Source of the DNA: Catajapyx aquilonaris
Taxonomy: Eukaryota
DNA length: 35,047 nt
Reading direction: 5' to 3'
Assembly: GCA_000934665.2 (NCBI GenBank)
Contig: JYFJ02004131.1
Coordinates: 1 to 35,047 of the forward strand
The notes below the pieces were generated by a model, which was not told the DNA's origin, searched no databases, and saw only the letters and a list, made by a program, of their open reading frames with translations. Below are positions 24,601 to 34,253 of this stretch, piece by piece. Each line of letters begins with the position of its first letter. Positions within the stretch are counted from its first letter, which is position 1. The translations under genes and the position numbers were made by a program.

Positions 24601-27600
24601 TTGCTCTGAAGAACTTTAGAAATGTACCTACAGATTCATGGTCTGAAATTTTGTTTTCAACCCGGAGTAATATTTGTAAATACTGTATTATTTTATTGTA
24701 TTTATTTTTGTCTGGAAGTCTACTTTCAAATCCCACAAAATCCTGGAATGACCACTTATACGATACGAACTCACTTGAGGTGGGCGATTAGCGTAATTGA
24801 TGGATGCGTTGAATTTTTTATGATTATGATGATGATGATGATGTGTATTTTGATAGGTATTGTTGCATAAGGGCATTTCCATGGGAATGCTAATTGATAT
24901 ATTACTATTTGTTGATGTAAGTTAATTTTTGAGGCCAGAGTAGTGACAAGATTCGGGAATATGCATGTTGTGGGAGTTAGGTTCATTTTCGGAAGCTGAA
25001 ACATGCGGCGTTAGATTCCTTGGAAAATGTAACCCCCGATATGCTAGTTTAAGGCGGTGTAGGGGCCTTCCCCTGGATTTCTATAAGGGACAAACAAACA
25101 AACTCACAAACAAACTAAAATATAGATATAGATAGATGAAAAGAATGTTACAAGTTCGATCATGCACATGCACGTTGCACACACTGTGGTGCTAACTCAA
25201 GTACATTAGTAAAAAATCCATCATTAGTCACATGCATTGCACTCAAGATGTCTGAACATCACTGAACCTTTTAGTCCCACCATGTATAACAAACTTCAAG
25301 GGACCATCTGGTCCTCTGGGACGGGGAGACGGGGAACAAGCTCCACGGGGTGAAGCCGGTCCTCTCCCCCTGGGGGTCCTCCTCCCGTCCCGACAGGAGG
25401 GAGGAGGTCGTTCTGGCCAGGCTCAGGATGGGGCACACCCGCCTCACCCACGGCCACCTCCTCAGGGGCGGGGACGGCCCCCCTCTCTGCGGCCACTGCC
25501 ACCAGGCCCCTTCTCTGACGGTCCAGCACATGCTGCTGGACTGTCCTGCATTGCACCAACTCCGCCTAGACACCGGTCTCCTGCGGGCGGGAGATCCCGC
25601 TCCTTCCACCCTCGCTCATCTGCTGTCCGACTCCGCGGACCCCACTGTTATGTTGGCTCTCTTTTCTTTTTTGAAAAGAACCAACATGTATAGAGATCTA
25701 TAACCGTTGCATTTTAAAAATATACTCGTAGCGTTTTGTTTCACTTGTTACACTCTATTGAAATTTTATAGTCGCTACTGTAATAAATGCTCAAGTAATA
25801 AGATAATTAATTAATTAATTAATTATCTCATTTTTTTTAAAAAACAAAAAAAAACAAAAGAAACACACATTTTTGTTCAGTTAACGTTGGGGGTGGGGTG
25901 GCCTTGCCTGCCCTCCCCTACAACGTCACAGGACACAGGTGCTTGGCGCAGTATAGCCATTGCTGCTGTTGCGCCATTAAACCATTAATCAATCAATCAA
26001 TCAATCAAGGGACCATGGAAATCAGTCTGCTCTAACCAAGGTCTGTTGTTGCCAAATACGCAAGGACTTATGGTATATGGCAGGACTAGCCTTACGAGTC
26101 TGCCATAACGAAGGGTCTGTTATAGCCGAGGCTGTTATATCCAGAGCCTACTGTATTTACTAAGGGCCGGTTGCACCAGTCACGGTATATGGAACGGTAT
26201 ATGGAAGAACCCTGCACCGCGGGTACACGGTATATCCCATGAAAAACCGCGGGTTTATTCCATAGCGTTGCACCGGTCCAGATAAACGGGGGGTTTTCGG
26301 TAGAATGCTGGCCCATGAGAGACGTAAGCGGGCAAAAATTTTGGAGGGCGCTGATTGGATCGCAGCACCCGTGACGTCATGGAAGTATGGGTAGTCGTCT
26401 CGTATCTACGGCAACCATGTGGCAGGGTTGCCACCTGGTGTCACACAGTACACGAAATCCATAGCCCCATGACAACACCATAAACCCGCGGTATAAGCAA
26501 CATGTGCTGCAGGATCGGCGGGTAGATGGATCGGGCGGTAAATGGGAGGGAGAACGGGCCATTTTAGAACAACCGTAGGTGGCGCAACACTTCTCGCGGT
26601 ATACCGGAGTCAACACCCGCCGTTTTCCATATACCGTGACTGGTGCAACCGGCCCTAAGTGCATAATATGAAAGCGTTACAGGACTCTAGTAACTATGCT
26701 GCACTTGCAATTCTGAGAGAGAGAAAAAAATCTGTGGATGTATTGTGATGATGAGTCGTGAAAGTTTTAGTACAGTGAAACCTGTAGAAGGAAAAAAATT
26801 CTCATCATTTCTGCTACACACTCTCTTGATTCCAAAGGACATGGTCTGCCAGGTCTTGTTTAGGTTTCAGGTGGTATACACAAAATCTGAAAAAATATAT
26901 TGCTTGTGAGTTACAAGATAGGGAGGTTTAGTATAATTTTTTTTCCCCCCTTGTCTGTGAGATGGACAGGAATGAGGAAAGTGTCATACATGCACTAAAA
27001 TAGGTTTTGTTGTTATTGTTGTTTTAACATATCAGTTAATCACCTGGGCGTAGTAGGCTTTCTGGCTTTTTGGCCTTCATTGTGACTGTCTGACACCATG
27101 TAGACTAATCCAGGGAAATATTTGTTACATAACACTTACCTTTTAAACATTTTCATCTTGATACATCTCCTTTGGTGAAGTTTTGCCTAAAGATATACTC
27201 AGTGATGGAATTCTCATCTCACATGTCTTTTTATCCCATGCAAAACTTCATCTAAGAAATTTTGTCTGAGACATTGCCTGAAGAGATTTGGTTTGAAGAA
27301 TTTTCATGCCCATTCATCCAACACAATATTCTTGTCAGATGTACCCAATCACGAAATGATTCGGACAAAGTCTTGCTTTGATGAAAATGTGATAAACAAC
27401 GTGAAGAAAGCTATTGGAGTGTTGATGTATTGCTCTAAGAAGTAACACCTTGGGATATCTAAAATTATATTACCTAAGCGGAAAGCATAAGCTACTGCAT
27501 AAAGTTTTTATGCAGTAGCTAAATTCTAGCTTCAAAATAAGGTTAATCTGAAGTCAGCACAAGGTGGCCCCCAACACAGTGTTACACAATTTGGGTGAGT

Positions 27601-30600
27601 ATATTTTATCAAAGGTATTATGTTGTGAAAGTTACAACTCATAATGTATCCCTTATCATTTATATTAATTTCTTCTACTGGAGCAGCTGGAACAGTTCAA
27701 TTCGGGACAAGCAATAATGGATGTTATGATGGAAGTGGGTGATGCCAGTGTTGACGAAGGTCAGAATTACTATGAAGCTGAAACAACAAATTGGGTGCAA
27801 GGAAGTTACAATCACAAACGTCTCAAGTATCAAGAGGAAAGAGAGCAGATATTACTTGGAAAAGGGTAAGAATTTGTCTGAGTAGTGCCAAATATTGCAT
27901 TAAAAAGTAAGAGTGGCCTTCATAGCAAATGTGGCCCTGAGTGCTGATATGTTAAGGGTTGTTCCAGCATCTCTTTTATCGTAGGCCTAAGTACTTCCCA
28001 TTGTTTAAGCACAGTTGGTATACCTGGTTTTAAGAGGTTATCCAGCATTTGCTCCTTGGCTATCTCATTGCTGTGTCAAGTCCTATTTTCATTAAGAAAT
28101 TTTTTCAGTTGGCCTGAGAGCCATTATTTTTCCACCTGTTGAAAAAATATACCATATAATTGAATCACTGAAAACGAAATGGTCCCAAGTCCACATTTTG
28201 GCCAAATTGAGTTAGAGGCGGGAAAGTGGCCTACATAGTAGCAGGCACACACACTTGGAATGATAATGTCCCAAGTACCATCTTTGCCATCAAAATGAGG
28301 GAGCAGGAAAAGTAGGAGAGAATGGAAAAATTCCAGGTTCGGGACTTGGGACCTTCCCGAACTGTGCAGTTGGCCGCGCTGCATGCGCCTTTTGTTAAAC
28401 ATGGCTGACATGGGAGGCAATGCTTGCAGTGACCCCAGCGATTCTGAGTCCTGTTCCCGGCGAAGAAAACGTCCTCGGCCGAAGGGATGGAAGGCAAATA
28501 ATAACAAGTTTCTGAGGCATGCTGGCCAGGCGTATGAAGACTACAAGGGCCAGCCAAGACCGGCACGAGTAACTGGAACAGCCTGCAGGTGAGACAAATG
28601 CCCGGTGTGGCTGACTCATAACATATCTTACGGCATGCCATGCCTTTCTCAAGCAATGCAATGTAGATGTATCCTACGGTAGGTGCAAGAGAGAGTGCCT
28701 GTCTAAATTCAGTGACCCATGTAAGGCCGCACTGTTGGCTGAATTTAACAAACTGGCACATAAGAATTCCCAGGACGCATACCTGACATTCATGATTCAC
28801 CCAAGAAAAGTAGCCAGGCGACGTCCAAGGAAAGAAGATTCCACAGCATTCCGATCACACTCGTTCGTGTACACGGTATGGCATAGTAACGATGCTGGTG
28901 TAGCGTGGGAAAAATCAGTCATGCGTGCTATGATCAATCATTACTTATGTTATGGGTTTTCCCCTTAGATTCAGCAAGGTGAATGCGAAATGGTCATATG
29001 CAGGGAAGCCTTCGCCAGCCTGTTTGGGATTGGCATTAGGCGTGTAAGGAGACTGGGGCAATGTGTTGCGACAGTCTAGTCACCCAAGGATCTACACGGA
29101 ACACACCCCAACAGCTCCCGAGAGCTGAATGCTGAACAAAGGGACACAATATATTGACAGCCACATCAAATCATTTCCCTACAGAGTGGCTCATTATGGG
29201 TTTGCTGGTAATAAGCGTAGGTATTTGCCGTGCGATTTAAATGTAAAACTCATGTACACCTTGTATCTAGAGAAGCATTATCCGGAGGCCTACCTGAAGG
29301 TGAAGGCAGGCACTAATGCAGAGAGTGTGGCTTGCCAGATTAAGTACTCCTATTATCTGAATTACTACAGGGTAAATGTCAATTACCCCTTTGGTAGGCC
29401 ACAAATTGATGTGTGCAACACATGTTCACAACTCAAAACCACCTTGACTCATGAGAAAAACCATGCTATTAGGCAACGGTTCAAGCAAGACCTACAACTG
29501 CATAAGTGTAAGGCAAGATTGTTTTACAGTTGTCTATGTGAGTGTCAGGAAAGTGCTCAGGTAACAGATTCATTAGATGTCATATGCTTTGATATTGAGA
29601 AGAATTTCCCTGTACCTAAGTTGAACGTGAATGAAATATTCTACTGCAGGCAATTATGGGTCTATAACCTGTGCATTTTCAGTGGGAAACGGCAAGAATC
29701 CAAAATGTACATGCATTGCGAGCATGAGGCGCAAAGAGGGGGGTTAATGAGGTCATTTCATGCTTGAATGACTACCTTCAGAAGTACTTGTCACCTGGGG
29801 TAACAGACCTTATCATTTTTACTGACAGTTGCCCTGGTCAGAACCTGAACTATACCATGGTCCACTACCTCTTTTCCCTTGTATCACTGGGTCACTTTAG
29901 GTCGATCACGCACTATTTACCTACGAAAGGCCACAGTTATCTGCCCTGTGACAGGCAATTCTGACCATTGAGAGGGCCAGGAGGAGTACAGAAAGGGTCG
30001 AGCTTCCAACAGAGTGGGAAACCATTGTGGGGAAAAAATTCTCTGTTGTCCATATGGATGGGAAGTCCGTAAAAGATTACAAGGGACATTTCACCAGTAT
30101 CTTCAAGAAGAGTGTCACATGCAGGAAGCACACATTTCTGGTGTCAAAGTGCAAAGTACTACAATATTCGCAGTCACATAGGCATGCTGTGAAAGTGTTG
30201 CAGCTCATGTCAGGGTGTGATCCAGTGTTTTATCGCATTCAAAAGCCACGTACAACTGTTTCACTGCCTACGAATGTGTCATGTTATCCTGGGAATATTG
30301 CGGTGAAAAGGTAAAAGTTGTCAGATTTGCTCAAACTGAGGAAGTATTTGTCGCCAGCAGCAGCTCAGTTTTACTCCAACTTGGCAACACAGGATGGGGA
30401 TGTGTCAGATATGTCAGAAACTGATGATGAGCAATAAAAAATCTGATGTATGATGTTTGTGTTGGTGTTTCTCCAATCTTTAAACATGTTCCTGCATTTA
30501 TTTGCTGAGAAATTGCTGCATGGGAAGGTCTGGAAGGTGCGCAAAATGAAAAGGTCGCACTCCAACGACTTTGAAGGTGTCCTGCTCAAAGGTCATGAGG

Positions 30601-32496
30601 TGAGCAATGTCAACAAACTGATATCTCAACAAGCAAGCAGGTGCCCTATCCTCTGGCAGGGCTCCCAAACCTATTTTTCACTGGGCAATCTAGGAAAACA
30701 GTTTTTTGTTTCTCCTGAATAGTTGTGGTGCTTGGACTTGGGACCGTTTCGTTTTCAGTGATTCAATTTAGAATTTATATGGATCAGTATAGTTTTCTCT
30801 GGTTTGTAGTGTGGCTGCAAACCTTGTCATAAGTGTTTAACTGATTTTAAAATGCTTATTCTGTATTATTTTGTTGTTTCTAATAGCTACTTTCCTGCAT
30901 GTAATTATTACAAACTTACTACTGAGTGCCAATGAACTGTTTCCATTTCCTGTTCTACCAGAAATTCTCTGATCCTACCATTGCTCCTTCATGGGATATT
31001 ATTCTCGATGGGTGGGATGGAAGGGATTTTCTGGGGTTGCTGGAGTGTTATCTACAGTATTCAGGGTGGTAGTCTGTGATAAGGACACTGTGTCACACCC
31101 GTTGTCATCCAGAATCGAAAATATACAAGAAGCATATTTTCGACATGTGCATGTGCATGTGTCAATTCAAGCTACTCACTTGTCATACTCTAAGTTTAAT
31201 TGTAACTGGTTGCACCAAACACTAATGATGATCTGCATCAATTTACTTTATAGACTTCCTTCAGGACACTTGGTAAAAGCTAAGCCAAACTGGTCAGTGG
31301 AAACCATGAAAGAAGCATTTTTAGCAGTGAAACAAGACAAAAGGAAAATACGGGAAGTTGCTCGATCATTCCAGGCAAGCTACTTCTAATTAATATACTG
31401 CATACTTAATGCAAATAAGGCATAACATTTAACAGTTTCACATGTATTTGATTTATTCCAGGTGCCAATGTCCACTTTACGTGATCGTGTAAGAACTGGT
31501 GTGTGTGACCCAGGCATAGGACGCAAGCCAGTGTTTTCCCATGAAGAAGAAAAGGAACTGGAAGTGCTGCTGATTACCATATCAAAATTCTTTTATGGTG
31601 TACCATGCATAGAACTTCGCAGATTTGCTTACGAGTTTGCTGAAATGAAACAAATTAAACACCCATTCAATACTGGGGCCCGGCTGGCTGGTTATGACTG
31701 GCTTCAGGGATATTTGAAGCGATACCCAGATGTGGGGATATGCAAACCTCTGTTACGTGTAAAGCAAACTAGTGAAAGGGTGGCTCTGTTCTATTCAGAT
31801 CTTGCATCTGCAATGGAAAAGTACAAGTTCACACCAGACAGAATATTCAATGCCACTGAGGTGACAGTTATCAAACCAAAGGCACTAAAGCTTCTCGGTA
31901 CTGCAGGTATCAAGGAACAAGGGCACGGAGTTACTATGTTTTGTGCGTCATCTGCATCTGGCACGTTTGTATCTCCCATGATAGTATTTTCTCACATGCT
32001 GCAAGTGGACCTTCTGCTTGATGAATATGGCCCTCCTGGTGCTACTTATCACTCTTCTGGGAATGGAGGGATGAATATTGATCTGTTCTTTACCTGGAAT
32101 CAGTGCTTATGTGAACATGCCAATCCGAGTCCAGAAAATCCCATCCTTCTCATCCTTGATATCAACAGCTGCTATTTATCACTGAAGACTTATTCCTTTT
32201 GGCTTGAACATGGAATTGTTGCAATTTGCATCCCACCTGGTACTTCCCTTCAACCACTAGGTTTGTCATTCTACAGCTCCTTGAAAAGTGCATTTAACAC
32301 TGAGACTGATTTGTTTCTGATAACTCACCATAACGAGAAAGTAACCCCAATTGTCATAGCTTCAATACTGCGGAAAGCGTACGGACAAAGTGCAAAAGCT
32401 GGGAAGGTTATTGATGGGTTTCATAAAACTGGGATATGGCCTTCTAACGCAAGAACTTTCAACAGTGACAACTATGTTCCTGCAGACTCGATTTAG
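15690..32496 (+). CDS. Predicted host gene fused to a pogo/Tigger-derived domain, ~731 aa, 9 exons
   Basis: Phase-consistent exons 15690-15882 (or -15900), 15943-16109, 16163-16262, 16355-16521, 17559-17684, 24039-24146, 27687-27865, 31254-31374, 31462-32496; helical N-terminus, IKVE motif, acidic S/D/E/P linkers, then WSVETMKEAFLAV..IREVARSFQVPMSTLRDRV (psq HTH). Confidence 0.68.
16622..16784 (-). mobile_element. Probable DNA-transposon end with repeated GTCCCCAC/GTGGGGAC motifs
   Basis: 22-bp perfect palindrome TAGTGGGGACATGTCCCCACTA (16622-16643) plus several more motif copies; minus strand starts CAGG at 16784; partner end not found, and an N lies at 16596. Confidence 0.4.
17953..18367. 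mobile_element. MITE, possibly piggyBac-like
   Basis: TIR AACTACGCAGGTGGAGCCTGAGAGGCTCCAA / TTGGAGCCTCTAAGGCTCCACTTACGTAGTT; flanks TGAA and TTAT resemble decayed TTAA. Confidence 0.7.
18384..18619. mobile_element. Foldback MITE with TA ends, 236 bp
   Basis: TACTGCTAG...CTAGCAGTA; arms pair along the whole length, best in the core AAATGGTAGGCCTTGGGTGACGT / ACGTCACCCAGGGCCTACCATTT. Confidence 0.75.
18683..20690 (+). mobile_element. Non-autonomous Ginger-like DNA transposon with ~500-bp TIRs
   Basis: TGT...ACA termini (TGTCGTGAGC / GCTCACGACA); 18683-19192 is inverted at 20228-20690; internal ORF resembles the C-terminus of Ginger/KRBA2-like integrase-type transposases; TSD not exact (TAAT vs TATA). 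Confidence 0.72.
19189..19983 (+). CDS. C-terminal fragment of a Ginger/KRBA2-like transposase (PHD-like finger, VGD..VPKVDRG region, Cys-rich tail); no integrase core
   Basis: CCICG..MCHMCNSVAHMKC..YTCPLC; VGDCVLYSVPKVDRGPVDPENIVGVI; SVREA..SGGQGFRKCMC..C..RCGC..CNSRCH..CGNK; open for 264 codons from a GTG. Confidence 0.7.
   Translation: MTTEEELEMVRNTAGVCGPSAAVLDFQPEKELATDGEEVEEEDGPAPAKRPMIEDRLCCICGSLMTSASDVMCHMCNSVAHMKCTGEGREVAPGTSYTCPLCVSAATIHHERAGAHQGLKRGVEDMLKKSHKQKQNLAVGDCVLYSVPKVDRGPVDPENIVGVILATNEHGLFQMGTKKGIINGWHREEDLCKTLVQFVTLDDVRQDKTLSVREAMAAFSGGQGFRKCMCQLSKVRCQTARCGCFQKSMLCNSRCHKSTPCGNK
20698..20793. mobile_element. Small MITE-like inverted repeat
   Basis: ATAGGAAATACCCATTTTAC vs GTAAAAGGGGTACTTCCTGT. 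Confidence 0.5.
22261..22754. mobile_element. Tc1/mariner-type MITE, 494 bp, ~200-bp TIRs
   Basis: TA|CAGGGTGTATCAGAGTCACG ... CGTGACTCTGATACACCCTG|TA; arms nearly identical. Confidence 0.9.
24233..25137 (+). mobile_element. Non-autonomous Helitron/Helentron-like (DINE-1/Lep1-type) element
   Basis: 5' ACTAGCAGGTTACCCGGCGTTGCCCGGG short hairpin; 3' (CAAA)n microsatellite followed by TATAGATATAGATAGAT. Confidence 0.6.
25308..26006 (+). mobile_element. 5'-truncated LINE (I-group, Nimb/I-like) with target-site duplication
   Basis: ORF2 C-terminus RREEVVLARLRMGHTRLTH..CGHC..LTVQHMLLDC (stop 25703); 3' stem GGCGCA..TGCGCC, then TAAA and an (AATC)n tail; TCAAGGGACCAT repeated at 25296-25307 and 26005-26016. 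Confidence 0.9.
26164..26655. mobile_element. PIF/Harbinger-type MITE, 492 bp
   Basis: Perfect 31-bp TIR GGGCCGGTTGCACCAGTCACGGTATATGGAA; TAA TSD on both sides. Confidence 0.92.
28162..30764 (+). mobile_element. Sola1-like DNA transposon, full length 2603 bp
   Basis: 32-bp TIR GAATCACTGAAAACGAAA(T/C)GGTCCCAAGTCCA; AATT TSD on both sides; internal transposase remnants. Confidence 0.85.
28401..30436 (+). pseudogene. Disrupted Sola1-like transposase
   Basis: Motifs DVCNTC, CFDIEKN, FYCRQLWVYN, FTDSCPGQN, GHSYLPCDRQF; introns 28589-28682 and 28876-28968; in-frame TAG at 29077 and frameshifts near 29130, 29740 and 29960-30030. Confidence 0.8.
31254..32496 (+). CDS. pogo/Tigger transposase-derived exons (HTH_psq, CENP-B/Tc5 HTH, DDE_1) lacking two catalytic Asp
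   Basis: GRKPVFSHEEEKEL, ELRRFAYEFAE, AGYDWLQGYLKRYP, RIFNATE, LLILD, LQPLGLSFY, GFHKTGIWP; split by GC-AG intron 31375-31461; AATAAA at 33100. Confidence 0.88.
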
Positions 32497-33833
32497 GCTT
32501 GAGTTGTAGAGACTTTCACCCAAATCAGCTGAGCACCATAATGGCATGGTAACAAGAAGTGAAGAACCACCACATGCATAAATTGATCCTTCATCCACCC
32601 TTTAGTGTTTAGTGTATCAAGTTCCAAAAAAATTCCACTTCCGGAAAAGAATCATGAAGCTGCTCATGAAAGAAGGTCAGAGATAGGATTGAAAGTCATT
32701 CTGCGATTTTTTCAGCAACACCTTGTGTATAGACTTGCAAGCAAGTAGGGAAATGAGGGAGCAAAAACCTAATCTGGCTACTAAGGGAAATCCAGTTCAA
32801 TGGCAGGATCAAAGATGTGCCAGCAATAGTGTGGAAGAAAAGACTGGTGCTTGCTATTAATCCATTTCATGATGAGCAGGACAGTGATGATTAAGAGGAT
32901 GCATTAGAAGCTGGACATGTCAGTGTGAAACATGTTCAGATTCATGCTAATGAATGCAGCCATGTTGCAGCATAAGCATTTGTGTGATTTTTCAGTTCAC
33001 TAGTATTTAAATAACATGGGATGCATAGAAGCTATGCTATCCTTGCATTGCAATTTTTGTAGTAAACTGTTATTTGTTGTTACAAATTTGTTAATAAGAA
33101 ATAAAGGTAATGTTTATGGAAAATGTAGATATATTTCTTTAGCAATGCATAATTGCTCATTTTAGAGGCAGCAAACCAAACCTATTCTCATGTTGCATTG
33201 TGAAGTGGACTTGGAGATAGAACTAGGTAGAGAGAGCCCCATATACCATAAGTGATTAGCCATGACCAAATCATTTCATAATTAAATTTTATTAATAATT
33301 TATCATCAATGCTGCTGTTATTCTAAAATTGTGAACGTAAGTTCTGGTAGATAACCAGTTCACTTCCAATCACAAAAATGTAGTTTCATTTTTTTGGCTT
33401 TTCTTTTAGTTGCTCTCTATTGACAAACCCTAAAAGGTGTTGGAAATGGAAAGCATTGTGGGTCAGGAGGACAGGGGTTTCCCATAACCCATACGTATTC
33501 CAGTGACCCTGGGCTCAAAAGCTAAGGCTAGCTCTACATTTACAAAAAAATTTATTCTACTCCAGACGTAATAAGCAAGGTCTAGGTAATAAGAGCCTCG
33601 GCTATAAGCAACCCTCAGTTATAGCCAACTCGAAAGGCTGGTCCTACCATACTATCATATAATTATGTCCTGTGTATTTGGATATACTGTAGGATACTTA
33701 TTTTTTCGGTGGTTCCTTTAAGTTTTTTACATCTAGAATCTATTGTAATTAGTACCAATTCTTGTGCATCTGCAATTTTCATAGAGTGGGAGCTAAATAG
33801 TTAATAATGCAAACCATGAAACATTTTTTTCAG

Positions 33834-34253
33834 GTAAAGGTAAAGACAAGACAAAATTACACCTGTGAAAGGACCGAGTATGGAAGCTACCACTTTAAGA
33901 GGGGCAAGACAGCCACAGAGAAAAATAGTATGACCAGCGACACAAGTGTTGATGGCCAGAGAAGTGAAGTAGTGAAAAAGAAACACATTTCATATCAATT
34001 GTACAAGTGCCAGTTGTGTTCCTTTACCACTAATGACAGGCCCAATTGGAGTAGGCACCAAAAAATGCACACGGGAATTCAACCACATGCTTGTAGCTTG
34101 TGTGAGAAGAGATTCAATCGTAAGGACCATTTGCAAAGGCACATTTCTCTAATTCATGTCAGAGAAAAGCCTCATCCTTGTGAAATATGTGGAAAGACCT
34201 TTGCCATGAGATATAATCTTAAGCTTCATATGAAGGTTCATTTGAAAAACTAA
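33834..34253 (+). CDS. Terminal exon encoding three C2H2 zinc fingers
   Basis: CQLC..HQKMH-TGIQP-CSLC..HISLIH-VREKP-CEIC..HMKVH; strong acceptor TTTTTTTCAG at 33833 (phase 0). Confidence 0.85.
   Translation, partial: VKVKTRQNYTCERTEYGSYHFKRGKTATEKNSMTSDTSVDGQRSEVVKKKHISYQLYKCQLCSFTTNDRPNWSRHQKMHTGIQPHACSLCEKRFNRKDHLQRHISLIHVREKPHPCEICGKTFAMRYNLKLHMKVHLKN

Noticed and set aside
26090..26155. Tigger-like MITE end (..GTTATAGCCGAG..CTACTGTA), with related fragments near 26770 and 33590-33690
   Set aside because: No matching partner TIR could be paired with confidence
26560..26600. CCATYGC THAP-like start on the minus strand inside the Harbinger MITE
   Set aside because: Too short; the rest of the THAP signature is absent
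27490..27520. 14-bp stem AGCTACTGCATAAA / TTTATGCAGTAGCT
   Set aside because: Isolated intronic hairpin with no supporting context; not a terminator in a eukaryotic intron
30991..31253. ATG 30991 as the start of the transposase ORF
   Set aside because: Upstream peptide has no transposase character; the branch point and acceptor at 31253 mark it as intron
33785..33833. Phase-2 acceptor at 33784 that would link exon 27687-27865 to the zinc fingers
   Set aside because: In-frame TAG at 33798-33800 blocks it; at most a 5-codon terminal exon unless the base call is wrong
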